The notes under the pieces were generated by a model. The model ran no database searches. It was given only the letters and a program-made list of their open reading frames with translations, and was not told the DNA's origin. Position numbers and translations under genes: made by a program. A stretch of DNA of 24,156 nt from a virus. Its lineage: Duplodnaviria; Caudoviricetes. The stretch spans positions 1 to 24,156 of IMG/VR virus record IMGVR_UViG_3300034418_002650; one strand, given 5' to 3'. Of the stretch, positions 15,908 through 23,754 are shown in pieces (position 1 is the first letter of the stretch; every line of letters begins with the position of its first letter).

Positions 15908-18297
15908 AACTTAATCTTAAAGAAGTCCTCTTGTAATAGATAACCGCCACCCTCTTCTAATAGGTAACTATCACTGTCTACTTGTTGAAAATATTCTGTT
16001 TCAGTCCATGCTACAGTTCCATCTGAATAGTAACCTGTAAAAGTTAATCCTTGTACAACTTGTACCCCTGTAGTGTTTGATGGAAAACAAACTCGGATGT
16101 AAGTCTGTCCATTTATAGGGTCTGATGGTAAAGATGGTGTTACTGTTACATCTTCTGCTAATGTACCCGAAACTATTATCCAACCGCCTTTAGGTGGCTT
16201 AATAGGTATGAATATACAACCCCCTGCTGTTGGTACTGTGTCTGGTTGTATTCTTCTTCGTACACTTACCCAATCGCTAATCAAAACAAGGTTACACTTA
16301 CCACTTGTAAGGTTTACCTTCATGTCGTTAATACGATATTTCTTATCCCTTATAAATAACGCATCGTCTAAGGTTAACTTTGTAAGTATGCTTAGTGGTA
16401 AAATACATTCTAACGTAACTATCCTTGTCTTGTCGTTAAATAGGTTTGATAGATACGGATAATAGAAACTTTTATATAAACTGTTTGGGTTTGGCTCTAA
16501 TAATAAACTACTAACTTCCTCTCCAAAGTTCATAGAGTGGTCTTGTAAGTTTCTCTTACAGTCCGTTCCAAATGGCATATAGTTTGTTATCTCATCTACC
16601 GTACTATCGTTGTCAAAGTAAAAACTTACATCTGTTGTTTGGTTTTCATATAAATACAGCTTTACAGGTTTAGGTATGTAAGGCTTATAGTCTGGTGCTT
16701 TAGTTAAACAATATCCTACTTGTAAGTTTTGCCCTGTGAACTTACTAAAAAGCAAATTCTCAAAGGGTAGTTTTACTTCATACTTACCACCATCATACAA
16801 AGGAAAAGTTTCTTTTAATCCACCGTACTGCCTGTTGTTAGTTTCAAGAAAGTTCTCATTCATAAAAGACTTACTATCTTCCCATGCAAAAGTTATCTCT
16901 TCGTATAGTTTTGGTCTATCTATCTTTATGTCTTTAACATCTACATAAGGTGTGATGTCGTGCGAATCTCCAAAGTTGTACCATTGGTCTAATGGCTCAA
17001 TCTGAAAAGTTAAATCATCTGTTAATGGGTAGCAAGTAAGGTTAAATTGTTTTAATATTCCACTAAACCAATCTCCCACCTTTATATCTGGTGCAGAAGA
17101 GTTAAAGTCTAAATAGTTTGTAATACTTGCTGAACTTTCAGAAAACGAACAAGACAAAGTTAGTGTATCGTATTGGCTAGATGTGTTTATGTATGGAATA
17201 CTAAAATAGTATTGTACCGTGTAATCAAAAGTTAACGCTCCATCACTTCTAAGTTCAAAAGTCCAAACATCACCTGTAAGTCCGTTTGTATTATAAAGAA
17301 AATCTAAAGCAAGGTTGTTTGATACATCACCACTACCTGTAACAGTACCATTTAAAGTTCCATTCTTATAGGTGTCTAAATACCATGTGTTACTTGTAGA
17401 AGTGTTAAAGATATGTACTCTTATATGGTGATTACCTGCTGCTCCTGTCCACTGTTGCCAATCTACAGGCGTTGTTATATCTGTGTATGGTGAAAGGTAG
17501 CTTATGTTAACTTGGTTAGTACCTACAAAACCTGCTATGTCTGTTGCTGCACAACTTGAACCCCCACTATTAAAAGTTAATGGATATGGTTCACTTGTAA
17601 AGTCTGGTGTTTCTCTATTCTTCCACCATGTATAGCTAGAAGTGAATCTTTGGTCTGTTAGAAAGTTACCTGTAAATGTTACACCGTATTTAGCTTCTAT
17701 TAAATCAATTATTTTAGGGTCTTTAATAGCAGGAAATAGTTCTGTATATTCAATAGGTTTGGTTATATCGCTAACATCGTAAGTTCCACCGTCTGCATAA
17801 GTCCATACTTTACTAGAACTTATTAAAGGGTACATTACATTTTGGGCAGAACTACTTTCTATTGCTGACTGTACGTTAGCACCATTAAATTCTTCCTGTA
17901 GTGTTGAGTAATCTAAATCTCTTAACTTGTCATCTCCAAACAAGTCTTTAAGTGTTACTAAATCACCGTAAAAAGTAATCTTATAACTTTCAGCTTGACC
18001 GTCTTTTATGTTAGCTCCCTCTAGTTGTACCTTACCTTTTCTAAATGGTGTTTGGTTAATTTCTAACCTTGCACTTGCTCTAACCTTTGCTTTAAATGTA
18101 CCATCGTTATCGTTATTGTAGTAGTGGTCAAAGATAGCGTTATTGTTAGGTGAAGCAGGTACAGTAAAAGTTTGTGTAAAGTCTGTAAACACCTTTGCAA
18201 TATCTTGAATATTCTGTATAGAAGATGTTATCTGAATTTGCTCATCTTGAAACAGGTCTAACCTTTGGTTGTCTACGTATAATTGTACAGTCCTCAT
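15904..18297 (-). CDS. tail tip / hub (Tal-like) protein
   Basis: 797 aa; N-terminal LDLF...FTQTFTVPASPNN hub-type motif; beta-rich insert; adjacent to TMP. Confidence 0.7.
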   Translation of the reverse strand: MRTVQLYVDNQRLDLFQDEQIQITSSIQNIQDIAKVFTDFTQTFTVPASPNNNAIFDHYYNNDNDGTFKAKVRASARLEINQTPFRKGKVQLEGANIKDGQAESYKITFYGDLVTLKDLFGDDKLRDLDYSTLQEEFNGANVQSAIESSSAQNVMYPLISSSKVWTYADGGTYDVSDITKPIEYTELFPAIKDPKIIDLIEAKYGVTFTGNFLTDQRFTSSYTWWKNRETPDFTSEPYPLTFNSGGSSCAATDIAGFVGTNQVNISYLSPYTDITTPVDWQQWTGAAGNHHIRVHIFNTSTSNTWYLDTYKNGTLNGTVTGSGDVSNNLALDFLYNTNGLTGDVWTFELRSDGALTFDYTVQYYFSIPYINTSSQYDTLTLSCSFSESSASITNYLDFNSSAPDIKVGDWFSGILKQFNLTCYPLTDDLTFQIEPLDQWYNFGDSHDITPYVDVKDIKIDRPKLYEEITFAWEDSKSFMNENFLETNNRQYGGLKETFPLYDGGKYEVKLPFENLLFSKFTGQNLQVGYCLTKAPDYKPYIPKPVKLYLYENQTTDVSFYFDNDSTVDEITNYMPFGTDCKRNLQDHSMNFGEEVSSLLLEPNPNSLYKSFYYPYLSNLFNDKTRIVTLECILPLSILTKLTLDDALFIRDKKYRINDMKVNLTSGKCNLVLISDWVSVRRRIQPDTVPTAGGCIFIPIKPPKGGWIIVSGTLAEDVTVTPSLPSDPINGQTYIRVCFPSNTTGVQVVQGLTFTGYYSDGTVAWTETEYFQQVDSDSYLLEEGGGYLLQEDFFKIKL

Positions 18298-19343
18298 TAT
18301 ATCACATAGTTTAGCATATTGTGAGAATATTCAAATTCTAACTCGTAGTTAATGTTGTTGTCGTTTAGGTGTTTAAACAACTGAGTAGATTTAGTCTTTA
18401 ACTTTACAGGTTCGTTATCTATAAGTATGCGCTCTGACATCATCAACTCTTTAATGACTTCTTTGTACGCTTCTGGAACCCATCCAGTGTTACACTTTAT
18501 AGACCTTTGACCATTAACATTAAATACTTGTTTTCTGTTATCTGTTACAGTGTAGTTTATGTTAGATGGCATTAAGAAGTACTCCGTGTTACTCATTTCC
18601 ATTGATTCACTAGATGCTTTGAAAAATACAAGCCTTTGCCATGCTCCATACTTGTTAACGAAATCACAATCTAATACTGTAAACTTACCTTCGCATATCT
18701 CTTCAAACCTATAAGTGCTTACCGTTACACCATCTCGTTTAATAGTTAATGTGTTACCCTCACCAACATAAGAAGAATGTACATAAGGAATATAACCAAC
18801 TGTCTCCCCTAGTGTTATCGTTGTACCTGCACCGCCTGTTGTTAAACCTACATAAACAGCAGTCCATGTTACCGCTTGGTCATCATGGTAATAAACACCA
18901 CCACAACCGCCTGTGTCGCTTACGTAGTATGTGCCATCATTTAAGAACCCCTTAACATACCCTGTGTTATATCCATCTTCATACCAACTAAACCCATCAA
19001 AGGCTATTAACTCAGCAGTATAAGAACCACCACCTGTTTGTAGTACTCCGTTTTTATACACCTTAACATAACAGTAACAATATTCCCCTACAGGTGCGGT
19101 TGTATCTGCCGTTACTTCTGTAAATGTTGAATGGCTTATGTACTCCCTACAATATGGACTAATGTCAAAATGTACTTGCGTTATTAGTGAGCTAGGTATA
19201 GGTTTACTCAGTGTATATGTTGCAGTTGATGGTATGCTGTCTGGGTCATTCCATAAAAATAACTCTGCTCTTATAGCATCGTTTGCTGTTCCCGATTGTG
19301 TTACTATGTAAGGACTTCTTACAAATATTGCTGTATCTGCCAT
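18297..19343 (-). CDS. tail protein (distal-tail-like)
   Basis: FVNKYGAWQ...CNTGWV...LMMSE...YELEFEY pattern; TAATG coupling to the tail tip gene. Confidence 0.6.
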   Translation of the reverse strand: MADTAIFVRSPYIVTQSGTANDAIRAELFLWNDPDSIPSTATYTLSKPIPSSLITQVHFDISPYCREYISHSTFTEVTADTTAPVGEYCYCYVKVYKNGVLQTGGGSYTAELIAFDGFSWYEDGYNTGYVKGFLNDGTYYVSDTGGCGGVYYHDDQAVTWTAVYVGLTTGGAGTTITLGETVGYIPYVHSSYVGEGNTLTIKRDGVTVSTYRFEEICEGKFTVLDCDFVNKYGAWQRLVFFKASSESMEMSNTEYFLMPSNINYTVTDNRKQVFNVNGQRSIKCNTGWVPEAYKEVIKELMMSERILIDNEPVKLKTKSTQLFKHLNDNNINYELEFEYSHNMLNYVI

Positions 19344-19840
19344 TAGTTGCTTATTGTTTCATCTATAAATGTATCTACATCCAAACCGAATTGCTCTATT
19401 AATTCGTTTGGTAGTTTCTTAAATGCTGTTTCAAAAGGTCTTGTAAAGAATAAACTAGGCTTGATACCGTTGTTAAATATGCTTCTTCTAATTAGAAAAC
19501 TTAAACTCTTATTCGTTATAAACCTACCTTTCTTATCTCTTCCCTTTATTCCTCTTTGCTTTATCCATTTGTCTATAGGTTTAGATGGTGGCATCTTAGA
19601 CCTAAAACTAAATGGTGTGTTGTATTTCTTCTTCTTACCGCTTACTCCTTGGTCTACAAACTCACCGTAAGGCAACATATAAAACGACAAGCTAAAGCTG
19701 TTCTTGTGTACTTTCAATTCATAATCTAAAGAACCCTCTAAGTTACGTGTGTTACTCTTCTTGCGTTTAAGATTTCTCTTAGCGTTGCGAATAACTGACT
19801 TTGCAAAGTCTCTTAGTTGTTCTTCTGAATACTCTAGCAT
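19343..19840 (-). CDS. neck/tail completion protein (HK97 gp10-like)
   Basis: Basic; YGEFVDQG...GIKPSLFF pattern. Confidence 0.6.
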   Translation of the reverse strand: MLEYSEEQLRDFAKSVIRNAKRNLKRKKSNTRNLEGSLDYELKVHKNSFSLSFYMLPYGEFVDQGVSGKKKKYNTPFSFRSKMPPSKPIDKWIKQRGIKGRDKKGRFITNKSLSFLIRRSIFNNGIKPSLFFTRPFETAFKKLPNELIEQFGLDVDTFIDETISN

Positions 19841-20286
19841 TTTGTCATAGCATGGTTAATTACTATATCAAATGTTGCAGTCCATCCTGCTACACCATGT
19901 TCAAACCTATCTGTAAAGTTCTCTAGCGTTGCGTTACCATCTAACATGAATGTATTAGCACTACTCCCTTTACGTAATACCTCTAATAATCTTGTGATAA
20001 CCGCTAATTGTGTGTTAAGTATATCGTGCAAGTTATCGTTCCCTAAAAATATATCTGTTGTTGTATCGTTGCTTATGTCTACTATATCCATACATATTAC
20101 AGACAAGTTAAACCTCATTAGTTTACCTTCGTACGTAGCTTGGTTAAGTATAAGATGTGAGTAAGGATAGATGTCTTGCTTATTTAAAAGTACTTCATCT
20201 ATATTGCCAAAGTTTACCGTATTGCAGTACTCATCTAATAGTAATTGGGTTTTTATAGTTTGTGTTACATCGTAAAAACTTGTCAT
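19834..20286 (-). CDS. putative tail terminator protein
   Basis: Acidic 150 aa; YPYSHL and GVAGWTATFDI; tail completion context. Confidence 0.55.
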   Translation of the reverse strand: MTSFYDVTQTIKTQLLLDEYCNTVNFGNIDEVLLNKQDIYPYSHLILNQATYEGKLMRFNLSVICMDIVDISNDTTTDIFLGNDNLHDILNTQLAVITRLLEVLRKGSSANTFMLDGNATLENFTDRFEHGVAGWTATFDIVINHAMTKC

Positions 20287-20540
20287 TTCATGCTTTGTTT
20301 AATTATAAGGTTCTCTACCTCTTGCTTATCTGCTTCGTAATTTAATAGGGTAAGGCATTGTCTAACTCCGTACTCTGTAACTCTATCAAGTTGATTAATA
20401 TCTCCCTTTGCGAGTGTATAGACTGAATTATACCATCCATACTTTTGGGAAAATTGTTGTCTGTAGTTGAAACCATCTCCCTTACTTCCTCCACTAAATA
20501 GCTTTGGGTAGCTTTCAGTAATTCGTTCCCTAAACGATAA
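20283..20540 (-). CDS. -1 frameshift extension of the chaperone gene (85 codons)
   Basis: An open -1 frame starts at the T9 run, has no usable start codon, and its TGA overlaps the next ATG. Confidence 0.75.
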   Translation of the reverse strand, partial: LSFRERITESYPKLFSGGSKGDGFNYRQQFSQKYGWYNSVYTLAKGDINQLDRVTEYGVRQCLTLLNYEADKQEVENLIIKQSMK

Positions 20541-21025
20541 AAAAAAACCATTGCACCCATTACAACATCTAAAGGCATAAACTGCATAAGGTCTGCAAAT
20601 TCATCTGCTCCTGTGTATGGGTATATGGTGTACTTATCTTTATGCTTAACGTCTATTGGTCTAAATAGAACAGCCATTGCTTTGTGCATCGTTTGCCAAT
20701 CTCCTATGTAGGTATCAAGGTCTACGTATTCGCCAAAGGTCATTGCTTCAAGGTTAGGTATCATACCAAACTCTTGCCCTTTAATCTTAAACCTATAAAT
20801 AGGCTCTGGTTTACGGTTTAGTATCTCTGTGATATCTTCGCTTAACCTCTTAACCTCTCTGTGGTCTATGAATAAAACTTGATTAAGCCTAACGTTACAG
20901 AATAACTCTATCATCTTCTGCTGTAGGAAGTTTTCATCTTGCGCCTCACCTAGTTTAGCAAACTCTTGAAACTGTCTAAGGCTTATATCTTTTTGCTCTG
21001 TTGGTATTGTTAACTTGATGTCCAT
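20342..21025 (-). CDS. putative tail assembly chaperone (0-frame product)
   Basis: 227 aa; contains slippery GTTTTTTTTT (MVFFY) followed by an open -1 frame. Confidence 0.65.
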   Translation of the reverse strand: MDIKLTIPTEQKDISLRQFQEFAKLGEAQDENFLQQKMIELFCNVRLNQVLFIDHREVKRLSEDITEILNRKPEPIYRFKIKGQEFGMIPNLEAMTFGEYVDLDTYIGDWQTMHKAMAVLFRPIDVKHKDKYTIYPYTGADEFADLMQFMPLDVVMGAMVFFYRLGNELLKATQSYLVEEVREMVSTTDNNFPKSMDGIIQSIHSQREILINLIELQSTELDNALPY

Positions 21026-21033
21026 ACTTATTA

Positions 21034-21054
21034 AACGAAATAAGAAGAAATTGT
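21034..21054 (-). promoter_or_regulatory. putative late promoter ACAA-N13-CGTT
   Basis: Shares an exact 18-mer (TTTCGTTTAATAAGTATG) with the 9413-9430 copy. Confidence 0.7.
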
Positions 21055-21062
21055 AGCAAATG

Positions 21063-21099
21063 AAAAAAGGGGGCGTTCACCTTAGAACAATAACCCCCT
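21063..21099 (-). terminator. bulged intrinsic terminator after terL
   Basis: GGGGGT-TATT bulge-GTTC-TAAGGT-GAAC-GCCCCC followed by T6. Confidence 0.75.
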
Positions 21100-21138
21100 A
21101 TAATAATACACCTACCCCGAAACCAAACAAGGTAGGAT
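21063..21138 (-). ncRNA. candidate ~75-nt two-hairpin small RNA
   Basis: TATATTTG -7 element (21148-21141), then hairpin CCTACCTTG-TTTGGTTT-CGGGGTAGG, then the terminator. Confidence 0.4.
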
Positions 21139-21152
21139 TGCAAATATACTAA

Positions 21153-22352
21153 TTATCCTATAAAGTACTCACCTCTTGTTGGATTATCTAATTGATAACT
21201 TACAGCGTATCTAATAGCATCTATGGCGTGGTTGTGGTTGTCTATTGGTGTGTTGCTCTTCTTCTCTAACCAACAGTAGTTATTTAACTCCTTAATGAGT
21301 TCTGTACTATCTGGGTCTATGATTAAATCGTAGTCTTGCATCATGCTTATTCCAAACGTAACGCTACCTGCACCCTTTATAGTTGGTAGTATGTTATTGC
21401 CCTTTGCTAGTAGTTCACTAATAAGCCTAGGCTCTGCACTATCCGCAACTATTAAAGCGTTGTCTGCTATCCTATTGTTTAACTCTGCTATCTGAGATGT
21501 AGTTAAGTTAGGCTTGTAGTAGTGTAGTTTAAGATAGATGGTTTTATTTGTGCTGTCTATATTCGTTTCTACTAACGTTGTAGGGTCAACACTAAACCCA
21601 AAATCTTGACCGAATACACTCTTACCAACGTGCTTGAACTCTCCTAACTTCCAATTATCAAAGATAACACCCTCTGCTTTATCTAACCAACCACCAAGTA
21701 TTTGATGTGCGTACTTCTTTGGTCTACGCTTCTTAATGTCTTCTATTTGGTTTATGTATGATTCTGAAAGGTTGTTTATGTTGTCTAAGTATGTTGTGTG
21801 TATGTAAGTTGTATCTCCTTTAGTTAGGTTACTCCCCTCTTGAACTCCCTTACCCTCATAGAATCTATTATAGATAAAATGCTCTTTAGTTGTTGGGTTC
21901 ATTATCATTATAACCCTGTTCTGTATTCCCTTCTGCCTTACCGATAAGTCTATAGTGTCAAATATCTTTTCGTCTATTAGTTCCTCTGCTTCATCTAGTA
22001 CCCACGTTGTAACACCTTGTAAAGACTTAAGGTTAGCTACCTGGTTACCACTACTTGTTTTAATACCTCTGAACAGTATCTTACTCCCTGTGTTTAGGTT
22101 TATTATTTCGTCTTTAGTTATGTGGAATTGCTCTTGCATATCTAACACCTCTATCTTCTCTAAGAACTCTGGAATGATTGATATACTTGCAGCTCTTAAT
22201 GTGTACCTAGTAAATAAGATAGTGTGTCCTGCTTCTGCCGTAAGTAAACATAGAAGAGTATTGATAGAATAAGACTTACCAGAACCACGCCCACCTGTTA
22301 CGATAAAGTATCTGCTAGGCTCATCTAGTACTAAGTACTTTTCGTTAATCAT
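21153..22352 (-). CDS. terL: terminase large subunit (PBSX family)
   Basis: Walker A TGGRGSGKS, Walker B WVLDEAEE, nuclease motifs GQDFGF and NHAIDAIRY. Confidence 0.95.
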   Translation of the reverse strand: MINEKYLVLDEPSRYFIVTGGRGSGKSYSINTLLCLLTAEAGHTILFTRYTLRAASISIIPEFLEKIEVLDMQEQFHITKDEIINLNTGSKILFRGIKTSSGNQVANLKSLQGVTTWVLDEAEELIDEKIFDTIDLSVRQKGIQNRVIMIMNPTTKEHFIYNRFYEGKGVQEGSNLTKGDTTYIHTTYLDNINNLSESYINQIEDIKKRRPKKYAHQILGGWLDKAEGVIFDNWKLGEFKHVGKSVFGQDFGFSVDPTTLVETNIDSTNKTIYLKLHYYKPNLTTSQIAELNNRIADNALIVADSAEPRLISELLAKGNNILPTIKGAGSVTFGISMMQDYDLIIDPDSTELIKELNNYCWLEKKSNTPIDNHNHAIDAIRYAVSYQLDNPTRGEYFIG

Positions 22353-22641
22353 CTTCTCCCCTTAACTTCTTTAGTGTCTTGTTAAAATCAAAGCTACCTC
22401 TTAACTCTCCTTTAATATCTGTCTCTGTTTTCTTAGGTACAAAGTATTGAGCGTACTTAGCGAATAAATCTAAATATCTAGCAGGACTATCTTTAAGCAC
22501 TTTATCAAATGCATCTTGTATATTGTCTACCTGTCCTTCTAGTGTTTCTATAAAGACATCTCTAGCTGCTTTAGTTAGTTTATTCTCTGCTCCCTTTGGT
22601 CTGCCTGTTTTATTTCCGCTTTCTCCTTTTTTAAATGGCAT
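22345..22641 (-). CDS. terS: terminase small subunit
   Basis: MPFKKGESGNKTGRPKG (DUF5681-type N-terminus); overlaps the terL start. Confidence 0.75.
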   Translation of the reverse strand: MPFKKGESGNKTGRPKGAENKLTKAARDVFIETLEGQVDNIQDAFDKVLKDSPARYLDLFAKYAQYFVPKKTETDIKGELRGSFDFNKTLKKLRGEDD

Positions 22642-22963
22642 AGTTAATGTTATAAAATGGTTTGTGAATTTTTATTAACTCTTTCTCTATTGCTAATGCT
22701 TCTTCTTCTGAAAGGTTGTGGCATATTAGTTTTACATCTACCTCGTTATATGGTCTACCTCTAAAATTCCAAGCTCTATCGTTACTACCCTTACCTATGT
22801 AAATAACAATATTATTTTCCACATGGTAATACACGTAGTAAGAACCACTCTTAAAAGAACCTACTATATCCTCATATAAAGATTTATAGATAATCTTCTT
22901 CCTGTTAGTGCTTCCCTTTGGTCTGCCCTTTCCAAGTTTATTTCCTTTCTCAAATTTACCCAT
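22631..22963 (-). CDS. GIY-YIG endonuclease with TerS-like N-terminal motif
   Basis: YVYYH...YIGKG...R...EALAIEKELI...P.YN; N-terminus FEKGNKLGKGRPKG. Confidence 0.8.
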   Translation of the reverse strand: MGKFEKGNKLGKGRPKGSTNRKKIIYKSLYEDIVGSFKSGSYYVYYHVENNIVIYIGKGSNDRAWNFRGRPYNEVDVKLICHNLSEEEALAIEKELIKIHKPFYNINYAI

Positions 22964-22992
22964 ATCTATTGTTTTTTATTGTTCTTTACAGT

Positions 22993-23166
22993 TTAAACAT
23001 ACATCTTAACGCCGTTGTAGTAGTCTACGGCTATCTGTACTGCACGTTCTAGCATCTCTGCTTGTCTTCTATCAGTAATGAATGTAAGAGGGCTTAGATG
23101 TACTCTAACGCCTTTACGCTCATAGATGTATTTTGTTATTAATGCTATTGCTTGTGATTCGTTCAC
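22993..23166 (-). CDS. hypothetical protein (57 aa, GTG start, MNESQAIALITKYIYERKGV...)
   Basis: Manual translation; GTGA overlap with the upstream stop. Confidence 0.65.
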   Translation of the reverse strand: MNESQAIALITKYIYERKGVRVHLSPLTFITDRRQAEMLERAVQIAVDYYNGVKMYV

Positions 23167-23438
23167 TTATTTTTATATCTATCTAGTGTTTGTTTATACT
23201 GTATTGGTGTTGGTAAAAATGAATTATTAAATTCTCCTACAAAGTTTCTTAATCCTACTCTAGTTGGGCTATCCATTAAACCAACATCTATACTTATGTT
23301 TTCTTTAGTCCAAACCCTACTACAACCTGTGTAAGTGTTAAAGTAATCTGCGTTATAGATAACACTAAAACCATTATCTAATAGATACGCTTCAAAACCT
23401 GTTAAGTCTTTTATCTTTGTTGGATCTGTGTTCTTCAT
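23163..23438 (-). CDS. hypothetical protein (91 aa)
   Basis: ORF track; coupled at both ends. Confidence 0.7.
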   Translation of the reverse strand: MKNTDPTKIKDLTGFEAYLLDNGFSVIYNADYFNTYTGCSRVWTKENISIDVGLMDSPTRVGLRNFVGEFNNSFLPTPIQYKQTLDRYKNK

Positions 23439-23521
23439 CTCTTTCGTTTACTCCAATTAAGTATAAACCCTGCTAAAGCGTAACAAGTTCCAACCATGAA
23501 GAATAGCCACACTATAGACAT
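23435..23521 (-). CDS. 28-aa single-TM peptide (MSIVWLFFMVGTCYALAGFILNWSKRKR)
   Basis: Manual translation; overlaps both neighbours (ATGA coupling). Confidence 0.5.
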   Translation of the reverse strand: MSIVWLFFMVGTCYALAGFILNWSKRKR

Positions 23522-23754
23522 TCTCCGTTTGTTGGTTCACTATTTCCCCATGCTGTATTCCAATTGCCGTTGGTTTGTACTCCACTACAATCGTTTATAG
23601 TTGTGTATTCACCGAATGAGCTACCATCTGGCATATTAAAGCTAGTATGTGTAGTTACTCTGTTACAGTTACAATCTACCGTTTGTGTTGGTTGTGGTTC
23701 TTCTGCTGTGCATCCTATCAATAGCAATGCAAATATTATACTAATAGTTCTCAT
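23512..23754 (-). CDS. small Cys-containing lipoprotein
   Basis: MRTISIIFALLLIG-C lipobox; four further Cys. Confidence 0.7.
   Translation of the reverse strand: MRTISIIFALLLIGCTAEEPQPTQTVDCNCNRVTTHTSFNMPDGSSFGEYTTINDCSGVQTNGNWNTAWGNSEPTNGECL

Noticed and set aside
16001-16183. Nested 60-aa minus-strand ORF in the tail-tip gene
   Set aside because: Out-of-frame internal ORF with no slippery site or initiation signal evident.
241-22970. Recurrent AGATATG before start codons
   Set aside because: Explained by the A at -3 initiation preference of Bacteroidota and by stop-start coupling; not a separate element.
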